DNA from: a virus | Reading direction: 5' to 3' (one strand) | Virus record (IMG/VR): IMGVR_UViG_3300028558_000016 | Span: 214,014-278,013 of that record | Length of the DNA stretch: 64,000 bases | In this document: in pieces, positions 27,883-37,016 of the stretch | Layout: the number at the start of each line of letters is the position of its first letter | Position numbering within the stretch: position 1 is the stretch's first letter | Made by a program: the position numbers and the translations under genes | Notes under the pieces: generated by a model | What the model was told of the DNA's origin: nothing | Seen by the model: the letters and a program-made list of their open reading frames with translations, nothing else | Databases searched by the model: none

Positions 27883-28908
27883 ATGCAAACAATTGGATCA
27901 GGGGAACCAAAACCCCATTGGATGGAAAAAATAATCCGCTTGGCAATACCAGCAGGATTAATATGGGGAGGTATAAAGCTGTTCAATGCTTTTGCTCCCA
28001 CGTTAATTGAATTCTTCAACAACTTCTGGCACATCGTGCTTGTTGGAGCTCCGGCAGTGTTTCTTACATTGTTCGTTTTACAAAATCCAACATTCTTATG
28101 GATGGGTTATAAAACGCTTTGTCGTAAGATAACTTCCTTCTTTATTAAAATGGATCCGCTGTCATTCATGGACAGATATGTGGATCTTTTGAAAATGAAA
28201 AGAAAAGGCTTGCAAGCAAGCAAAACAAGTCTCAATGCAAATAAGATTCAGCTCGAACGCGATATGGCAGATCTTAAAAAGAACATTGATGAAAAAATGC
28301 GTATGTCCAAGGCCGCAAAAAATTTGGGCGACACCGAAGAAGCAAGTCATCAAGCAGGTATTGCGATGACGGACAAAGGCTCATACGATTTGTATGCACC
28401 AATTCTCCACAAAATGGAAAGCAATCTTGTATTCCTTACTAAGCTGGATGAAAACTGGGGTCGTTCAATAGAAAAGCTTTCTCACACCGTTGAAGCTAAA
28501 CGTAAAGAATTTACCACGTTGAAAAAAATGGCTAAGGCTCTTAACTTCGCAGAAGAGTTTGCCAAAGGAGATACAGAAGCAAATCGCATCTACAAAGAAT
28601 CTGTGTTAGCATTGGAAGAAAAAGTAACACAAAGTCTTGCATACATTGAACAATTTGAAACAGACTCAAAAGGAGTTATGAAATCAATTGATCTTGAAAA
28701 ACAAATGCAAAACGATGAAGGATTAGAAATGCTTGCTCAATACGAACAAAACGGTTCATTGTTCTTGGATGAAGATTATAGCAAGTACAGAATGGAAATT
28801 GACCCTAACAAGGATTTATTTTCCAAAGCAAATGCAAATGCAAAAAATAATTTTGCCGATGCAAGCAAAAACAAAAGCACTGAATTCAGTAGCTTCTTAA
28901 AAAAGTAA
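27883..28908 (+). CDS. membrane-anchored coiled-coil protein
   Basis: 341 aa; two N-terminal TM helices then long coiled coil. Confidence 0.55.
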   Translation: MQTIGSGEPKPHWMEKIIRLAIPAGLIWGGIKLFNAFAPTLIEFFNNFWHIVLVGAPAVFLTLFVLQNPTFLWMGYKTLCRKITSFFIKMDPLSFMDRYVDLLKMKRKGLQASKTSLNANKIQLERDMADLKKNIDEKMRMSKAAKNLGDTEEASHQAGIAMTDKGSYDLYAPILHKMESNLVFLTKLDENWGRSIEKLSHTVEAKRKEFTTLKKMAKALNFAEEFAKGDTEANRIYKESVLALEEKVTQSLAYIEQFETDSKGVMKSIDLEKQMQNDEGLEMLAQYEQNGSLFLDEDYSKYRMEIDPNKDLFSKANANAKNNFADASKNKSTEFSSFLKK

Positions 28909-28970
28909 CAAATCAAAAATAAATAAAAACAAAAACAAGTAGTAATCATCAACAATTAAAAAAACAAATC

Positions 28971-30806
28971 ATGAAAGACAAAATCACGTACTTTTTAAAA
29001 GAATCAACAGTCTTCACTAAATTCTTAGTGGTAGTAGGCTTAGTTGGAATCGTTTGGGGCTTTAAATATGCATGGGAAACATGGATGCCTAAACCAACAG
29101 TTAAAACGGAAGTAATCGCAGTAAACGATCTTCCACCGTTAGCGTACGATAAAAACGCAAACGCAATTTCGCGTCCTTTACCTGACACCATTAACCTTAG
29201 CGAGGTTGGTGCACCGTTCCAATTGAGAGCGGAAATCATGGGATGGAACGCGCAAGCCGGAGTAGCATACGCAAATGGTGGAGCACAAACAATGGCAAAA
29301 TCAATCATGGAAGAACAAGGTGTTCGTCTTAACTTGATCTGTCAAAACAATTGCGGTAAACAAGGTGAGGATGTATTTGCATTCGCACAAGAATATGCTA
29401 AAGGAAGTAAAACATCCGCAAAAGGATGTCACATGATTGCCTGGATGGGTGATGGAGTTCCATCTTACTTGCAGGACTTAAACGAACGCATCAAAAAACA
29501 AATTGGTGAAGAATACATCTTACAAGTGTTCGCAACGTTCGGTGCTTCTTTCGGTGAAGATAAAGCAATCTTCGAAAACGGTTCATTCAAACAAGATCCT
29601 CAAAAATTACGCGGTTCATTATGGTGCGGTGTTATTCGTGATGGAGATTGGAACATCTTAATGAAATATGCAGACATGAACCAAATTCCAGTAAACACAG
29701 ATCTTACAACTTACGATCCTACCGGTATTAATTGGATGCAAGCTCCTGATTTCGATTACACGAAAGCTGCTCAACAATATGTTGCTCGCACAAAAGAAAA
29801 ACGTGAAATCGTTATAAATGGAAAACGTACAGGCCGTGACACTACAGTTGCAGTTAATGGTTGTGTTACATGGTTCCCTGGTGATCAAGTTGCTTTCCAA
29901 GGTCGTGGCGGTGTAACAGTTGCTTCAACTAAAGATTTTGGTGCTCAAATGGCAAACACTTGGTTAGCTCCAAAGAAATGGTTACAAGACAATCGCGCAT
30001 ACGTTGAGAAATTTATTTATGCCGGTTTATTAGGTGGAGATCAAGTTAAATCTCATAGTTCAGCTCTTGCATTTGGTTGCCGTGTTGAAACTGCTATCTA
30101 TGCTGATGCTACAATGAAAGCTTCTGATTGGGAAAATGCATTCAAAGGAATGCAATATACCGATGCAAATGGAAACATGTGCGAAATCGGTGGTTCACGT
30201 GTATTCAACTTATCGGATGCTGCTGAGTATTATGGATTAACAAATGGTGGAACTGACAAATATGCTGCGGTGTATTCTACATTCGGTGATCTTTGTGTTA
30301 AGGCATATCCTAAAGACGTTCCAAAATATCCTGCTTATGAAGAAGTAGTTGATTTAAGCTACATCACAGAAGTTTACACCAAGAACAAAGGGTCAAACAC
30401 TTCAGTTGCTTCAATGCCAACATTCAAAGAAGGTCAAACAATGACATCATCGTTTTCTTCTAAGAAAGTTTCCATTGAATTTGACTTAGGTAGCGCAACA
30501 ATCAAGCCTTCATCTTATGCTACATTACAAGGCATTGCAAACGATTTCATCGTTGCTGAAGGTTTACTTGCAACTATCGAAGGTCATACTGACAACACTG
30601 GAAATGCTGATGCTAACATGAACCTATCTCAACAACGTGCTGATGCCGTTAAGAATTGGTTGATGAATAAAAATCCTAAGTTATTCAAAAACAAAATCAC
30701 TTCGGTTGGTTACGGACAAGATCGTCCAGTTGATCCAAACGCAGACAACAACAATGCTTCTAATAGAGCACACAATCGTCGCGTTGAAATTAAACTTGGC
30801 CACTAA
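28971..30806 (+). CDS. large N-terminally anchored protein with C-terminal OmpA-like peptidoglycan-binding domain (possible substrate-binding component)
   Basis: N-terminal TM/signal anchor. C-terminus IEGHTDNTGNADANMNLSQQRADAVKNWL...GYGQDRPV...NRRVEI is a classic OmpA_C domain. Followed by ABC permease and ATPase. Confidence 0.65.
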   Translation: MKDKITYFLKESTVFTKFLVVVGLVGIVWGFKYAWETWMPKPTVKTEVIAVNDLPPLAYDKNANAISRPLPDTINLSEVGAPFQLRAEIMGWNAQAGVAYANGGAQTMAKSIMEEQGVRLNLICQNNCGKQGEDVFAFAQEYAKGSKTSAKGCHMIAWMGDGVPSYLQDLNERIKKQIGEEYILQVFATFGASFGEDKAIFENGSFKQDPQKLRGSLWCGVIRDGDWNILMKYADMNQIPVNTDLTTYDPTGINWMQAPDFDYTKAAQQYVARTKEKREIVINGKRTGRDTTVAVNGCVTWFPGDQVAFQGRGGVTVASTKDFGAQMANTWLAPKKWLQDNRAYVEKFIYAGLLGGDQVKSHSSALAFGCRVETAIYADATMKASDWENAFKGMQYTDANGNMCEIGGSRVFNLSDAAEYYGLTNGGTDKYAAVYSTFGDLCVKAYPKDVPKYPAYEEVVDLSYITEVYTKNKGSNTSVASMPTFKEGQTMTSSFSSKKVSIEFDLGSATIKPSSYATLQGIANDFIVAEGLLATIEGHTDNTGNADANMNLSQQRADAVKNWLMNKNPKLFKNKITSVGYGQDRPVDPNADNNNASNRAHNRRVEIKLGH

Positions 30807-30813
30807 GAAATAT

Positions 30814-30843
30814 GGAAAAGGGCTTCGGCCCTTTTCTTTTTTC
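30814..30843 (+). terminator. rho-independent terminator
   Basis: GAAAAGGGC-TTCG-GCCCTTTTC then TTTTTT. Confidence 0.75.
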
Positions 30844-30851
30844 CTCTAATC

Positions 30852-31670
30852 TTGTGTAGTATGAAACAGTTAAAGATGCTTAGGCAGACAGCCATTGATG
30901 TGACCACTCCAAATAAAACAATTGGAGGTTCGTCAAAAAATTCCATATTCGCATTTTGGATTTGTTCCACCATGTTGTTATGGTTCTTGACAGGATCAAA
31001 ACTTCTTCCATCGCCAATGGATATTCTAACGGCATTGAAGATGATGATCGTGGATAAGAATTTCATAGGTGAGCTTTTGACAAGCACCACCTTTTGTATG
31101 AAGGCAATGGGATATGCAATTGTCGTATCATTCATTGTAGCATACCTCTCAGTGCTTCCAATATTTAGACCTATATGTGCATTCGTTGCTAAAGCAAGAT
31201 TCTTAAGCACAGCAGGTTTGACGTTCTTTGTTGGAGAAATAACCCCAGACAGCGGAGTTAAAAAACTCGTAATGCTTTCGTTTGTCATCACTGTATTTCT
31301 TGTTACTTCCATGCTCGCAGTAGTTATGGATGTTAAGAAGGATGATCTTGATTATGCAAGAACATTGAGAATGAATGAATGGAAAGCCGTATGGGCAGTA
31401 ATAATTAGAGGAAAGATCGATATGATGTTTGAAGTGATAAGACAAAATTTTGCCATTGCCTGGATGATGCTTGCCATGTCGGAAAGCTTATGCAGGGCAG
31501 AAGGTGGGATAGGAATATTATTGACAGACACAGACAAACATTTCCACCTCGATGAGGTATTTGGAATTCAACTTGTGGTGTTATGTGTTGGTATGTTCTT
31601 TGATTGGTCACTTAGAAAAATCAGAGCTTGGTTCTTTCCATATTCAGTGCTTAAACTTGAAAGGAAGTAA
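30852..31670 (+). CDS. ABC transporter permease (NitT/TauT SsuC/TauC-like)
   Basis: LLPSPMDIL N-terminal signature, 6 predicted TM helices, conserved loop ...AIAWMMLAMSESLCRAEGGIGILL. Confidence 0.65.
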   Translation: MCSMKQLKMLRQTAIDVTTPNKTIGGSSKNSIFAFWICSTMLLWFLTGSKLLPSPMDILTALKMMIVDKNFIGELLTSTTFCMKAMGYAIVVSFIVAYLSVLPIFRPICAFVAKARFLSTAGLTFFVGEITPDSGVKKLVMLSFVITVFLVTSMLAVVMDVKKDDLDYARTLRMNEWKAVWAVIIRGKIDMMFEVIRQNFAIAWMMLAMSESLCRAEGGIGILLTDTDKHFHLDEVFGIQLVVLCVGMFFDWSLRKIRAWFFPYSVLKLERK

Positions 31671-31672
31671 TT

Positions 31673-32500
31673 ATGTTAGGACAGTCATATACATTAGGTG
31701 AAGACATTCTCAATGTAGAGAATGTTTCCCTTGAGCTTGGTGGAAAACTCATATTGAGAGACATCAATATAAACATTAAGGACGTAATTCGTCCGAACAC
31801 AGGACCAACAGGTCAGATCATTGGATTTCTTGGTCCATCTGGACGTGGAAAAACTCAACTATTTAAAATACTTGCAGGATTAAATAAACCAACAACAGGA
31901 CAAGTTCTTCTTGGAACTGAAAGGAAAATAGTTCAAACTGGAGATGTTGGAGTTGTTGCACAAAATTATCCGTTGTTTGAGTACTTAACGGTTTGGGGGA
32001 ATCTCGAACTTGTTGCGAAAGAAAAAACAAAAGCAGAAAAGAAAGAAAAAATTGAGTTCTATCTTGATCGTTTCAAGATGATGGAACATAAGGACAAATA
32101 TCCTGCTCTATTATCTGGAGGACAAAGACAACGCGTAGCAATCATTCAACAAATGCTTTGTTCTGAATATTTCTTATTGATGGATGAACCGTTTTCCGGT
32201 CTTGATCCATTGATGACGACGCAAGTTTGTCAAATGATAGAAACCGTTGCAAACATAAATGAGAAGAATACAATCATCATTGTGTCTCACGATATTCCAT
32301 CTACAGTATCAATAGCTCAAACCATTTGGCTTCTTGGATATGATTATGATCCTCAAACAAAACAGCCAATACCTGGAGCAAGGATAAAATACGTTGAAAA
32401 CCTTATGGATCGTGGATTGACATGGAAAGAAGATCTTGTGAACTCACCTGAATTCTTTTCATTTGTGAAAGATGTACGTAACACATTTAATGAACTGTAA
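31673..32500 (+). CDS. ABC transporter ATP-binding protein
   Basis: Walker A GPSGRGKT, signature LSGGQRQRVAI, Walker B LLMDEPFSGLD, H-loop IIIVSHD. Confidence 0.85.
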   Translation: MLGQSYTLGEDILNVENVSLELGGKLILRDININIKDVIRPNTGPTGQIIGFLGPSGRGKTQLFKILAGLNKPTTGQVLLGTERKIVQTGDVGVVAQNYPLFEYLTVWGNLELVAKEKTKAEKKEKIEFYLDRFKMMEHKDKYPALLSGGQRQRVAIIQQMLCSEYFLLMDEPFSGLDPLMTTQVCQMIETVANINEKNTIIIVSHDIPSTVSIAQTIWLLGYDYDPQTKQPIPGARIKYVENLMDRGLTWKEDLVNSPEFFSFVKDVRNTFNEL

Positions 32501-32502
32501 AC

Positions 32503-32727
32503 ATGGGAGAGCATATACCTCAATTGGAAATATTCACAGTGTACAACAATCCAAAGGATTATCCTGGCAAAGTAGTTGTTCGCAAATTTGTAGGTGAGCA
32601 ACCATCGCCAGATCCTTTGTGTGTTGTAGACACATTGGAAGAAGCTCGCAAAAAAATTCCGGCTGGATTATTCAGAATGGACAGAATGCCTGAAGATGAT
32701 GCGGCCATATTAGAAACATGGTTTTAA
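32503..32727 (+). CDS. hypothetical protein
   Basis: 74 aa. Confidence 0.4.
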   Translation: MGEHIPQLEIFTVYNNPKDYPGKVVVRKFVGEQPSPDPLCVVDTLEEARKKIPAGLFRMDRMPEDDAAILETWF

Positions 32728-32737
32728 AAATATTATA

Positions 32738-33301
32738 ATGGAAAAAGAAGAAAAAGAAGAAAGTATTTCAATGTTAGAAAGAATTTTGCTTTCATCCAAA
32801 TATCTGCTCATCCCGTTTTTCATGGGTTTGATGGTATCATTAGCAATTTACACCTACATTGACATTAAAGAAATATGGCACTTGTTCCACAAGGTCAAAG
32901 CTTTAGAGCCAAATGATGGAATGTTAATGTTGTTGGAAATAATAGACATTGCAATGGTAGCATTCTTGGTTAAGCTAATTATCGTAGGAAGTTATTCTTC
33001 TTTTTATAAGAAGAATGATGGAGGTGGAAAGAAAGTAGATCCAAACATAAATACAAGCTCAGGCGTATTGAAAGTTAAGATTGCGACAGCATTAATAGGT
33101 GTTACATCGATCAATTTGTTAACCACATTCATTAAACCAGAAGAGGTGAGTATGGAAGCCTTTCAAAAGAAATTGGTAATACACGCAACGTTCTTGATAG
33201 GAGCATTGGTATTAGCTGCGATAGATTGGATGCACGTTAAGGCAGAAGCAATACACCACCAGGATTGCATCTGTTGTAAAGAAAAAGGAATAACACATTA
33301 A
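32738..33301 (+). CDS. membrane protein
   Basis: 187 aa, several hydrophobic helices. Confidence 0.5.
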   Translation: MEKEEKEESISMLERILLSSKYLLIPFFMGLMVSLAIYTYIDIKEIWHLFHKVKALEPNDGMLMLLEIIDIAMVAFLVKLIIVGSYSSFYKKNDGGGKKVDPNINTSSGVLKVKIATALIGVTSINLLTTFIKPEEVSMEAFQKKLVIHATFLIGALVLAAIDWMHVKAEAIHHQDCICCKEKGITH

Positions 33302-33311
33302 CAATAACAAT

Positions 33312-33536
33312 ATGAAATTTGAAATCACTCTTGATGACGCAAAGGAGAAAGAGCTTTTGGAGATTATTAATAAACGCTTGGATGGGATGAAAATCCTTAA
33401 GAGCGATACTAATACGAAGAAAGCACTTGTCCAATACATCGTGAACAAAGCTTTAAGTAAGAATGGCGACATTCTTTCTTCTACGCTGAAGAACATGAGT
33501 AATGGAGAATTCTTTGAACTAATCAAGAATTGTTGA
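33312..33536 (+). CDS. hypothetical protein
   Basis: 74 aa, followed by terminator. Confidence 0.45.
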   Translation: MKFEITLDDAKEKELLEIINKRLDGMKILKSDTNTKKALVQYIVNKALSKNGDILSSTLKNMSNGEFFELIKNC

Positions 33537-33539
33537 TGA

Positions 33540-33578
33540 TGGGAGAGCGCTTTTGATTTGGCGCTCTCCTTTTTTTCA
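33540..33578 (+). terminator. rho-independent terminator
   Basis: GGGAGAGCGC-TTTTGATTTG-GCGCTCTCC then TTTTTTTT. Confidence 0.8.
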
Positions 33579-33585
33579 CTAAACC

Positions 33586-34125
33586 ATGAAAACATACAAA
33601 CATAATCAAATACAGACAGACAACAAAGGAATAGAGATAGGAAGAAACTATGCCTATTTTGAAGAATTTCCAACTGTCATCGCTTGCATCGTGGTCCTTG
33701 AAGATAATTCTGACGATGAATTCATAAAGCTTAAACTTAAAGTAGTAAAAGGGATCCATCCCACAATGCAAGGAAAAGAAGGACATACATTTGATGTGTC
33801 AGCTAAACAAGGATTATATTATTATGCAGGAATGTGGACCATCAAAAATTTCAATGCAATCAATCTCGCCTCATCAATGAGTAAAGCAAAAACACCTGTG
33901 ATGGAAATGGATCACGTAAAAAAGGTTTGTAAGGTTGGTGCAGGTGGAGGTCAATGTTGTAGATACTTAACTATGGGTGCAGATGGTTTTGAATGTGGAA
34001 GACTTAGTGAATCCATGACTAAGTTATTAGATGAAAGAGCAGACTCTGGACAGATGAATGCCATCAGTAAAAATTGTGATGGTTATGGAATTCATAATAC
34101 AGATCATATAAAAGCAGCCAATTAG
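33586..34125 (+). CDS. Cys-rich hypothetical protein
   Basis: 179 aa; CKVGAGGGQCCRYLTMGADGFECG cluster. Confidence 0.5.
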   Translation: MKTYKHNQIQTDNKGIEIGRNYAYFEEFPTVIACIVVLEDNSDDEFIKLKLKVVKGIHPTMQGKEGHTFDVSAKQGLYYYAGMWTIKNFNAINLASSMSKAKTPVMEMDHVKKVCKVGAGGGQCCRYLTMGADGFECGRLSESMTKLLDERADSGQMNAISKNCDGYGIHNTDHIKAAN

Positions 34126-34306
34126 TCCATTTGGAAGATTTCCGCCTGGAAATTTAACTTATTGATTATCAACAAGTTACGCATTATTCCACCAATTTTG
34201 ATGAAATTATTTTTCTATATGGAACATATTTAGTAATTTTACATTGTTAAAGGAAAACAAATAACCTTAAAAATAAACAAAGTAAAAATTAAAAAACAAA
34301 AAAGCC

Positions 34307-34945
34307 ATGAACAACAACAACGACACCAACGAAACAGGAACAGTAGCAACTTCAAACGAAACCGCTGCTTCAACCTCAACCGCAAAAAAGCCAGCTAAGA
34401 AAGCTGCAAAAAAACCGCATGTAACAAAACCTGCCGCTAAAAAACCTGCAGCAAAGAAACCTGCTAAAAAAACAGCAAGCAAACCTGCTGCTAAAAAACC
34501 GGCAAAAAAAGCTGCTAAGCCAGCTAAAAAAGTAGCTAAAAAACCTGCTGCTAAAAAACCATCAAAAAAATCAGGAAAACGTACAGCCGACAATTTCGAT
34601 CGTAACTTCGGTCGCATCCGTTTCAACGGTGAGTCATTCTCAAAAGGCCGTGCAGTTCATGCAGTAATCGCTGCTTTTGCTGAAAAGAAAAAACCGACCG
34701 CTTCAGCGTTACAAGCTGCATTCCCGGCTGAGTTATTGAAAAACTACGGTATCGTACGCGAAGCTGCAAAAGCACGTCAATACAATGTAAATGGAAAAAC
34801 CCGTTTCTTTGTTGACAGCGCGGACCTTATCAAAACAAAAGATGGAAAATCTTTTGCAGTGTGTAATCAATTCTCTACTGAGAACATTAAACCATTCATC
34901 AAGCATGCGAAATCTTTAGGTTTCACCATGACTGCTGGAAAATAA
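34307..34945 (+). CDS. histone H1-like Lys/Ala/Pro-repeat DNA-binding protein
   Basis: ~60 aa of AKKPAAKKPAKK repeats followed by a globular C-domain; CGN arginine codons. Confidence 0.6.
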   Translation: MNNNNDTNETGTVATSNETAASTSTAKKPAKKAAKKPHVTKPAAKKPAAKKPAKKTASKPAAKKPAKKAAKPAKKVAKKPAAKKPSKKSGKRTADNFDRNFGRIRFNGESFSKGRAVHAVIAAFAEKKKPTASALQAAFPAELLKNYGIVREAAKARQYNVNGKTRFFVDSADLIKTKDGKSFAVCNQFSTENIKPFIKHAKSLGFTMTAGK

Positions 34946-34966
34946 TCAAAACCATCATCAACAAAA

Positions 34967-35002
34967 TCAGAAGCCCAAATGAAAGTTTGGGCTTCTTTTT
35001 TA
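34967..35002 (+). terminator. rho-independent terminator
   Basis: CAGAAGCCCAAA-TGAAAG-TTTGGGCTTCT then TTTTT. Confidence 0.75.
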
Positions 35003-35016
35003 AATTAAACCCAACC

Positions 35017-35343
35017 ATGAAAAAATTTAAACATCTGAATAGAATTTCCGGAGGATCACTTGGAATGTTCATTCTCAGCATAATTTTCTTATTCATAACA
35101 GTTTCATGCACAAGCGATGAAGCTGGAAATATCTACATAGGTGGAAAACCAAAAGATGCAGAGATCAATCCATTTAAGATCAAATTTCTGTTCACTAAGG
35201 ATTGTTGCTCTGTGTATAGTTTTCAAGACGAAGGAACAACACATTACTTTTGTACAAGACCAGGATCCGTTGAAAGCCAGCATCAAGTTGGAAAAATAAC
35301 CAAACATGAAATAACAGAAACCTTTAATAAAGAAACGCCATGA
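35017..35343 (+). CDS. secreted/lipoprotein-like small protein
   Basis: Track ORF 34987 extends back into the terminator; real start likely ATG 35017 (MKKFKHLNRISGGSLGMFILSIIFLFITVSC). Confidence 0.5.
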   Translation: MKKFKHLNRISGGSLGMFILSIIFLFITVSCTSDEAGNIYIGGKPKDAEINPFKIKFLFTKDCCSVYSFQDEGTTHYFCTRPGSVESQHQVGKITKHEITETFNKETP

Positions 35344-35780
35344 AAAAAATAATAATTTTAATATGTTCATCCTTAGTTGTTGCGACAACACTCTCTATCG
35401 TTTTTTTCTACTATGGACAAAATTCGGCAAAGCCTGAAATGGAAAAAATCCACAAGGAGCTTGATTCAACAAGAATGGAGCTTTCCAATTTTCAGGGTCT
35501 GTCATTGGCCAAAACGAGATACATCGATTCTTTGAGCAAAGTGAATTTGCTTCTATCCAAATACAGAGCATTAACTGATGCAATGACCTACAGGGATTCA
35601 ATTAGAAAGCCATTGGAATTTAGGATAGGAGAGAATGTCAGAATGAAAAGAGACTCATCACGCGTTCTCGTGGATGACATAATAGTTGGTGGAGATAAAT
35701 TCAGCTATTACATTAAATACATCATTGAGCATAAGGATAAATCATTGGAAACTGTTTCACCTGAAAAATTATACAAATGA
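35340..35780 (+). CDS. membrane-anchored protein
   Basis: N-terminal TM helix; ATGA overlap. Confidence 0.5.
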   Translation: MKKIIILICSSLVVATTLSIVFFYYGQNSAKPEMEKIHKELDSTRMELSNFQGLSLAKTRYIDSLSKVNLLLSKYRALTDAMTYRDSIRKPLEFRIGENVRMKRDSSRVLVDDIIVGGDKFSYYIKYIIEHKDKSLETVSPEKLYK

Positions 35781-36235
35781 AGAAGATTTTCTTTTACATA
35801 GAAACGTATGTCTCAAATTTTCCGTGCTATTTAGCTCATGAAATTTCGCACATTATTTTCGTGTTCATATTTTGGATATTTGGGATTAATTCATTTCCAA
35901 AAATGATATGGAAAAGAAAAGCAAGCATGACAATAAACAAAGATCTAACAACTTCAATGCAATCTACATATTTGTTTGTTCAATACACGAGTTATTTTAA
36001 AAATAGAATTCCACTTCTTATTGTAAGTGCTTCTCCAGCATTATTGACTATTTTACTTTTTATATTTTCTCCATGGTACATGTACCTATATTATATCGCT
36101 AACATAAACACGTTGTGGATGTCCGTTGGTGATACAGTGAAATGCCAAGAAATATTCATTGCATATAGAAGAGCCATCAGGATTCGTTGGCATTCTGGGC
36201 ACACCATCGTAGGCAGAATATTTTCTACGAAATAA
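35777..36235 (+). CDS. membrane protein
   Basis: 152 aa, hydrophobic; ATGA overlap. Confidence 0.45.
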   Translation: MKKIFFYIETYVSNFPCYLAHEISHIIFVFIFWIFGINSFPKMIWKRKASMTINKDLTTSMQSTYLFVQYTSYFKNRIPLLIVSASPALLTILLFIFSPWYMYLYYIANINTLWMSVGDTVKCQEIFIAYRRAIRIRWHSGHTIVGRIFSTK

Positions 36236-36372
36236 TTTCCATTCTGTGCACATTCTGTGCATATTTTCCATACATCTTATTGAAATTCAAATGCTTCCAA
36301 TGGAAGCGTTTTTCTTTTATTCTCGAATATATAGTTATAGAAGTGGCACTCTAAAATTAACTACCATGATCG

Positions 36373-36792
36373 ATGTCAAAGAAATCCAAGGTATCAAGGT
36401 CGGTTGCTGCCAAAAGGAAGTTGAAAGATCATCTTAAGACTCACCTTGGCAAGAATTCTTCTTGTTACTTTACTCCAACGGAGTCAGTTGCTTGGTATTG
36501 GTGGAGAGTCATCAATAAGGCCGCGTTCAAAAACAAACTTCCATATCCAAAAGAAATTGTCATTAGGAAATTAAGAGGAGCATGGGGAATTTGTGACGGC
36601 AAAGCAAGGATGGACATGTGTGTCATAACAATATCGTCAGACATTACAAACAGAAAATTATTCATTGCAACAGTTGCGCATGAAATGGTTCATCAATGGC
36701 AATTCCATTACGCAGCAGGAAACCTACACCACGGATCCAATTTCAGAGATTGGGACGTATACTTTAAAAGAAACTTCGGCATCACTTTATGA
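36373..36792 (+). CDS. SprT-like zinc metalloprotease domain protein
   Basis: ATVAHEMVHQWQFHYAAGNLHHGSNF matches SprT HExxH..H..HG..F pattern. Confidence 0.6.
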   Translation: MSKKSKVSRSVAAKRKLKDHLKTHLGKNSSCYFTPTESVAWYWWRVINKAAFKNKLPYPKEIVIRKLRGAWGICDGKARMDMCVITISSDITNRKLFIATVAHEMVHQWQFHYAAGNLHHGSNFRDWDVYFKRNFGITL

Positions 36793-36983
36793 GGATAGAC
36801 ATAGAAAGAGTTAAGGCTCTGAAAGCAGAGATAGACTTGATAAACGGACATCCACTACATGCCATAGAACTATTTGAAAACGGAGAGAAGGTAGAAACTG
36901 ATCCTCAGTTAATAGATGCCTTAGAGCACACCTCCTTAAACAATTACAACATAATCTTATCCAGGTTCTTTATTAAGCCATAA
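36789..36983 (+). CDS. hypothetical protein
   Basis: 64 aa. Confidence 0.35.
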   Translation: MRIDIERVKALKAEIDLINGHPLHAIELFENGEKVETDPQLIDALEHTSLNNYNIILSRFFIKP

Positions 36984-37016
36984 GGAACAATTTCTGATGC
37001 TTATTATAGAATAGGC

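Noticed and set aside
34267-34626. Minus-strand ORF 34267..34626 (AGFLAAG repeats)
   Set aside because: It is the reverse-complement image of the KKPAAKK low-complexity coding repeat on the + strand.
34987-35016. Track start 34987 for the 35343-ending ORF (MGFFFKLNPT…)
   Set aside because: The extension overlaps the stem of the terminator at 34967-35002. ATG 35017 gives a clean signal-peptide N-terminus.
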